Positions 24,371 to 28,851 of a DNA stretch of 28,851 nucleotides are shown piece by piece. The position numbers were made by a program, and so were the translations under genes. A model generated the notes under the pieces. It was not told the origin of the DNA and searched no databases. It worked only from the letters and a program-made list of their open reading frames with translations. This DNA comes from Armatimonadota bacterium (GTDB taxonomy: Bacteria > Vulcanimicrobiota > JACPDS01 > JBDRKI01), in the NCBI GenBank assembly GCA_043814095.1, contig JBDRKI010000124.1, positions 1 through 28,851 of the forward strand, written 5' to 3'. The first letter of the stretch is position 1. The number at the start of each line of letters is the position of its first letter.

Positions 24371-26319
24371 ACACAATTCTTGATATAAAAAACTTGTCTA
24401 AGAATTTCAAGGCCGTTCAGGCTTTGAATGATGTTTCTTTTTCTATTAACCGTGGAGAAATATTCGGGCTTGTGGGGCCTGACGGCGCGGGGAAAAGCAC
24501 ACTTATCTATATTGCTTCAGGGTTATTAAGGACAAAAGAGGGTTCTGTTACGCTGCTCGGTACTGATGTATTAAAATATCCCGAGAAGATAAAGACGCAG
24601 ATAAGCATCCTGCCTCAGGGATTAGGCCTTTCACTTGCGGCGGAGCTCAGCATTGAAGAAAACATAAATTATTTCGCGGATATAAATCATGTTGATCCTG
24701 TCCAGAGGGAAAAACGCAAAGCCGAACTTCTTGACGCGACCCAGCTCACCCCTTTTAAGGACAGGCAGGCAAAAAACCTTTCAGGAGGCATGAAGCAGAA
24801 GCTGGGGTTTTGCTGTGCCCTTATAAGTTCTCCTAAATTTCTTTTTCTTGACGAGCCCACAACGGGTGTTGATCCCATATCAAGAAGGGATATATGGTTC
24901 CTTATAAACAGGATTATTAAAGAAGAAGATATCACGGTTTTTTTAACCAGTTCATATATGGACGAAGCCGAGCGCTGCCACAGGATAGCTCTTATGCATA
25001 AAGGCCAGCTCCTTGCTCTAGGGACAATGGATGAACTTACAAGCCAGCTCAAGGGGCAGTTTCTTGAGATATATGTTGATAACCAGCAGAAAGCTCTGGA
25101 TGTGTTTAAAAAAGATAAAGACATAAAAGATATATATACCGTGGGGGATAAATTAAAAGCGTTCTGTGTCCAGGATGTTGATATATCTTCTATAAAAAAC
25201 GACGCGGTTAAGAATGATATAAAAGTTGAAAATATAGACAAAACGTCCCCCGGACTTGAAGATGTTTTTCTTACTAAAATAATGAGCTCTTCAACGGGCA
25301 TTAACCAGCATGCCCTGGATGAGTTTTTTATTTTAGATACAAAATCCGAATTTACCGCGGGGCCCGATGACGTAATGATTGAAGTTAAAAATTTATATAA
25401 ATATTTCGGCAAATTTGCCGCCGTCAACGATGTTACATTCTCGGTTAAAAAAGGCGAGATATTCGGGTTTTTAGGACCCAATGGCGCGGGCAAAACAACC
25501 ACGATAAAGATGCTATGCGGGCTTTTTCCGCCTTCTTCAGGGCTCGGCAGGATAGGCGGTTTTGACATCGGACGCGATCAGATGTCCATAAAGAAAAATA
25601 TAGGGTATATGTCACAGAAATTTTCCCTTTACAGGGACCTTACTGTTTCCGAGAATATAGAGCTTTACGGGAGTATATACGGAGTTCCGCGGGACGTGCT
25701 TAAAAAAAGAGAAGGTCTTATTTTAGAGATTGCCGACCTTTCTGGGCGCGGCGGCGCTATTACAGGGGATCTTCCAATGGGAATAAAACAGCGCCTTGCG
25801 CTTGGGTGCGCCATAATACATAAGCCGGGCGTTATTTTTCTTGATGAACCCACATCAGGCGTTGATCCCATAGCGCGCAGGCTTTTCTGGGATATTATAT
25901 TTTATCTATCCAGAAGGATGGGGATTACGGTTCTTGTTACAACCCATTATATGGATGAAGCCGAACACTGTGACAGGCTTTCACTTATGAATTTCGGGAA
26001 GCTTATCGCTATAGGATCGCCGGATCAGCTTAAGGAAGAAGTTAAGGAAAAGATAGGTGTTATGCTTGAAGTGCAGGTAGATAAGCCCTTTGACGCCGTG
26101 GATATTCTTTCAAAACAGTATGAGTTCTGCACATTATTCGCCAGAACCATACATCTTTACACTAAAGACCCGCAGAAAGACGCGAAAGCGATAGTAAATA
26201 TGCTTGCGGGCAAGGGAATAAAGGTAGTTGATATGTGCCAGAAGATAATGCCTTTTGAAGATGTATTTGTGTATTTCTGCGAGAATTCGGATAAGCAGAA
26301 TCAAATTCAGAAAGTTTAA
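24367..26319 (+). CDS. ybhF: ABC transporter ATP-binding protein with two NBDs (YbhF-like)
   Basis: NBD1 has GPDGAGKS, LSGGMKQKL and LDEPTTGVDP. NBD2 has GPNGAGKT, GYMSQKFSLY, LPMGIKQRL and LDEPTSGVDP. Confidence 0.88.
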   Translation: MNTILDIKNLSKNFKAVQALNDVSFSINRGEIFGLVGPDGAGKSTLIYIASGLLRTKEGSVTLLGTDVLKYPEKIKTQISILPQGLGLSLAAELSIEENINYFADINHVDPVQREKRKAELLDATQLTPFKDRQAKNLSGGMKQKLGFCCALISSPKFLFLDEPTTGVDPISRRDIWFLINRIIKEEDITVFLTSSYMDEAERCHRIALMHKGQLLALGTMDELTSQLKGQFLEIYVDNQQKALDVFKKDKDIKDIYTVGDKLKAFCVQDVDISSIKNDAVKNDIKVENIDKTSPGLEDVFLTKIMSSSTGINQHALDEFFILDTKSEFTAGPDDVMIEVKNLYKYFGKFAAVNDVTFSVKKGEIFGFLGPNGAGKTTTIKMLCGLFPPSSGLGRIGGFDIGRDQMSIKKNIGYMSQKFSLYRDLTVSENIELYGSIYGVPRDVLKKREGLILEIADLSGRGGAITGDLPMGIKQRLALGCAIIHKPGVIFLDEPTSGVDPIARRLFWDIIFYLSRRMGITVLVTTHYMDEAEHCDRLSLMNFGKLIAIGSPDQLKEEVKEKIGVMLEVQVDKPFDAVDILSKQYEFCTLFARTIHLYTKDPQKDAKAIVNMLAGKGIKVVDMCQKIMPFEDVFVYFCENSDKQNQIQKV

Positions 26320-26331
26320 ATAGGAGCGGTT

Positions 26332-27474
26332 ATGTTCTCACCACGCCGCGTAGTTGCGGTAGCCAGAAAAGAATGGCAGGAAATTTTAAGGAACTGGCTG
26401 GGGCTTCTGCTGGTTATAATCGCCCCTATCAGTACTTATTTTCTGTTTGCCTACGGCATGCCGCTGGATGTTAAAAATATACCGATGGTTCTTCTTGATG
26501 AGGACAAAAGTCATTACAGCAGGCAGTTCGCCGATACTTTCCAGAACAGCCATACATTCAGGATTATAAAGAAGGTTGATAGTTATGAAGAAGCCGAATA
26601 TATAATGCGCAAGGGCATAGTCCGTCTTTATGTTGTCATACCCCCGAAATTCGGGCGCAGTATAGAGCAGGGCAAACCCCAGAGTGTTCAGGCAATAGTT
26701 GACGCTACCTATACTAACAGGGCTTCTCTTATAGGCGGTTATATTGACGCGACGGTTGCCGCATTTAACGAGAATGTGCTTGCAAAGTATTTCATTAAAA
26801 AATACGGTTCGGCAGGCGCCGGCACTCCTCCTGTAAGTATGTATATGGCGCCATGGTTTAATCCTACAATGAGGAGTGAAGAATTTATTGTTCCCGGCGT
26901 CATAGCTATAGTCCTTATCTTCCTACCCCCGATTATTGTTGCTATTTCACTAACAAAAGAAAAAGAAACAGGATCTATAATTAATATGTACTGCTCGCCT
27001 CTTTCCAAGCTTGAGTATCTTACGGGCAAATTGATTCCTTATATTATCATTACTTATATTAATTTTGTGGTTTACCTTATACTTACAGTTACAATTTTCA
27101 GCGTTCCTTTAAGGGGGAGTCTCATGCTCCTTCTTATGGTTTCCGCAATATATGTTGTATCGGTTCTTGTTATAGGGTTATTTATAGGTGTGCTTGTAAG
27201 ATCGCAGATATCCGCGATTTTAATATGCGCTATCGTAACCCTTTTGCCTTCGTTTATGTATTCGGGATTTATGATACCCATAGAATGTTTAGGGCCTAAC
27301 GCGCAGTCTACGGCCAATATGTTCCCGGCGACTTATTATATTGATTTTATAAGGAAGCTTATGATAAAAGGGGTGGGAATAGAATATCTTGCAGGAGATA
27401 TTTTCAGCCTTATATTTTCAGTTGTTTTATTATTCGGCCTGTCTGTAGTATTATTTAAAAAGAGATTGGGATAA
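26332..27474 (+). CDS. ybhS: ABC-2 type permease (YbhS-like)
   Basis: It has RKEW, WFNP, FIVPG, KEKETG and GKLIPY, with six TMs and a large periplasmic loop. Confidence 0.82.
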   Translation: MFSPRRVVAVARKEWQEILRNWLGLLLVIIAPISTYFLFAYGMPLDVKNIPMVLLDEDKSHYSRQFADTFQNSHTFRIIKKVDSYEEAEYIMRKGIVRLYVVIPPKFGRSIEQGKPQSVQAIVDATYTNRASLIGGYIDATVAAFNENVLAKYFIKKYGSAGAGTPPVSMYMAPWFNPTMRSEEFIVPGVIAIVLIFLPPIIVAISLTKEKETGSIINMYCSPLSKLEYLTGKLIPYIIITYINFVVYLILTVTIFSVPLRGSLMLLLMVSAIYVVSVLVIGLFIGVLVRSQISAILICAIVTLLPSFMYSGFMIPIECLGPNAQSTANMFPATYYIDFIRKLMIKGVGIEYLAGDIFSLIFSVVLLFGLSVVLFKKRLG

Positions 27475-27477
27475 ATT

Positions 27478-28602
27478 ATGTTTAGATTTGGAATTTTATT
27501 AAAAAAAGAATTTTTGCAGTTTTTCCGCAATGTGGCCCTGCTTATAATCGTGCTTTACTGCTGTACCCTGGATATTTACATGGCATCCGAATTCAGTATG
27601 GATCTTACGAATTACCCGGTAGCCATTTATGATATGGATAAAACCACAGCAAGCCGTGAACTTGTGAGCAAGATACGCAAGCCGTACTTTATTATTAAGG
27701 AATATATACAGGAAGAAAATGAAGTAGACAGGCTTATTTTAGAAGGTAAGGTCGGTGTTGTTGTGGTTATACCTTACCGGTTCCAGGATAAACTGGATTC
27801 CGGTAGAAGCGCGCCTTTACAGATTATACTTGATGCAACAACAAGCAATACCGCTGAAATGGCCGCTAATTATATCTATCAGATTGTTTCCCATTATTCG
27901 GCCAATGTGATAGGGGAGAAGTGGAATGTTTCCAATTCAATATATGATACTTCTCCCGTCATTTCGTGCAGGACAAGGTATGAGTTTAACCAGAACCTTG
28001 ATGATCACTGGTCTATGTGTTTGTCGGAGTTTTTCTCCGTTATAACCCTTATAGGGATGCTTTTAACCGCTACAGCCATGGTAAATGAGAAGCAGTTCGG
28101 CACCATAGAACAGCTTATGGTGACGCCTTTAAAGCCGATGCAGATTATGCTTGCTAAAATTATCCCTATGGTAGGCATATTTATGGTTGCAAGTTTTATC
28201 TCTGTTTACTGTATAATGCTCCCTGCTGTGGGAATGCCCCTTAGGGGGTCTTATCTTGATTTCCTCCTCTTAACGATGGTATTCTGTTTTACCTTATGCG
28301 GCATGGGCCTTCTTATAGCAACTGTATCGCAGAATTTGTCCCAGACGGTTCTTCTGACTATTTTGATATTATTCCCGATGATGTTTCTTTCCGGCGCATG
28401 GGTTCCCCCGGAAGCCCTGCCTGTATGGATGCAGTATTTAATATATCTTTCTCCGATGAAATACTACATTGATATAGGCATGGCAATATTTTTTAAGGGG
28501 AACTCGCTGTTCTTTATGTGGCAGGAGTTTCTTATGCTTCTCGGCCTCGGCCTTATATTATTCTACCTGGGCGCGGTAAGGTTCAGAAAGATGTTCGGTT
28601 AG
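27478..28602 (+). CDS. ybhR: ABC-2 type permease (YbhR-like)
   Basis: It has KKEFLQFFR, EKQFGTIEQLMVTP, LSGAWVPPEALP and SPMKYY. Confidence 0.82.
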   Translation: MFRFGILLKKEFLQFFRNVALLIIVLYCCTLDIYMASEFSMDLTNYPVAIYDMDKTTASRELVSKIRKPYFIIKEYIQEENEVDRLILEGKVGVVVVIPYRFQDKLDSGRSAPLQIILDATTSNTAEMAANYIYQIVSHYSANVIGEKWNVSNSIYDTSPVISCRTRYEFNQNLDDHWSMCLSEFFSVITLIGMLLTATAMVNEKQFGTIEQLMVTPLKPMQIMLAKIIPMVGIFMVASFISVYCIMLPAVGMPLRGSYLDFLLLTMVFCFTLCGMGLLIATVSQNLSQTVLLTILILFPMMFLSGAWVPPEALPVWMQYLIYLSPMKYYIDIGMAIFFKGNSLFFMWQEFLMLLGLGLILFYLGAVRFRKMFG

Positions 28603-28608
28603 AAATAA

Positions 28609-28643
28609 AAAATACAGGGAACACAAGTCGTTCCCTGTATTTT
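28609..28643. terminator. Bidirectional intrinsic terminator
   Basis: A perfect 14-bp stem, AAAATACAGGGAAC-acaagtc-GTTCCCTGTATTTT, lies between convergent genes. Confidence 0.85.
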
Positions 28644-28662
28644 GATAAAAATTCAAATGATA

Positions 28663-28851
28663 TTATTGAAGTTTAATGTTTATCTCCACTATTACGTTCT
28701 TTTCCATAACATTATTATTTTCATTTTTTTCGTTTATTGCGTTTGTGTAATCAATTATAGCTGCCAGCTTATCCGCGTTAAGGATTTTTTCTTTTGAGTC
28801 CTGGCTTAAGCCGAATGTTTTCTGCAAGGTTGCGCCGGGCGCCAGCGGTCC
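28663..28851 (-). CDS. 3' end of a CARDB-domain (Ig-like) protein running off the window
   Basis: My own translation is GPLAPGATLQKTF...AAIIDYTNAINEKNENNNVMEKNVIVEINIKLQ*. LAPG and D-x2-N-x-I-x-E-x2-E-x-NN are CARDB hallmarks. It is not in the ORF track. Confidence 0.7.
   Translation of the reverse strand, partial: GPLAPGATLQKTFGLSQDSKEKILNADKLAAIIDYTNAINEKNENNNVMEKNVIVEINIKLQ

Noticed and set aside
24687-25568. 293-aa antisense ORF inside the ABC ATPase gene
   Set aside because: It is a shadow frame of a conserved gene, Ser/Phe-rich, with no RBS or domain.
25760-25800. Degenerate ABC signature LPMG in NBD2
   Set aside because: An LPxG signature in the second NBD is normal for YbhF-type ATPases.

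Overview
This AT-rich bacterial chromosomal window probably comes from a diderm organism, since it encodes TolC. I found no rRNA, tRNA, CRISPR array or transposase. Left to right it holds: (1) an AAA_14/DUF4143 ATPase gene split by a frameshift in a G9 tract, with a repeat-rich, apparently leaderless promoter; (2) an iron-sulfur flavoprotein/FMN reductase; (3) a six-gene H-NOX signalling operon: an output-less 993-aa PAS/GAF protein, H-NOX, a PAS histidine kinase, two duplicated Rcp1-like receivers and a hybrid REC-kinase; (4) class I aldolase fbaB; (5) a FecR-domain gene paired with a CHASE2 class III nucleotide cyclase whose purine-specificity residues are not the adenylyl type; (6) a CLC anion transporter with atypical selectivity motifs; (7) four orphan genes (15136-19028), three sharing an unrecognised repeated module and two sharing an upstream TTAACA-N5-TTAACA operator-like motif; (8) a solo pilC/gspF-like gene followed by two paralogous secreted beta-sandwich proteins; (9) a HAD hydrolase plus a TolC/YbhG/YbhF/YbhS/YbhR-type ABC exporter; (10) the 3' end of a CARDB-like gene. 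The best novelty candidates are the orphan paralogue cluster with its shared regulatory motif and the putative non-adenylyl cyclase near an H-NOX system. All family calls come from motif recognition by eye; no database searches were run.
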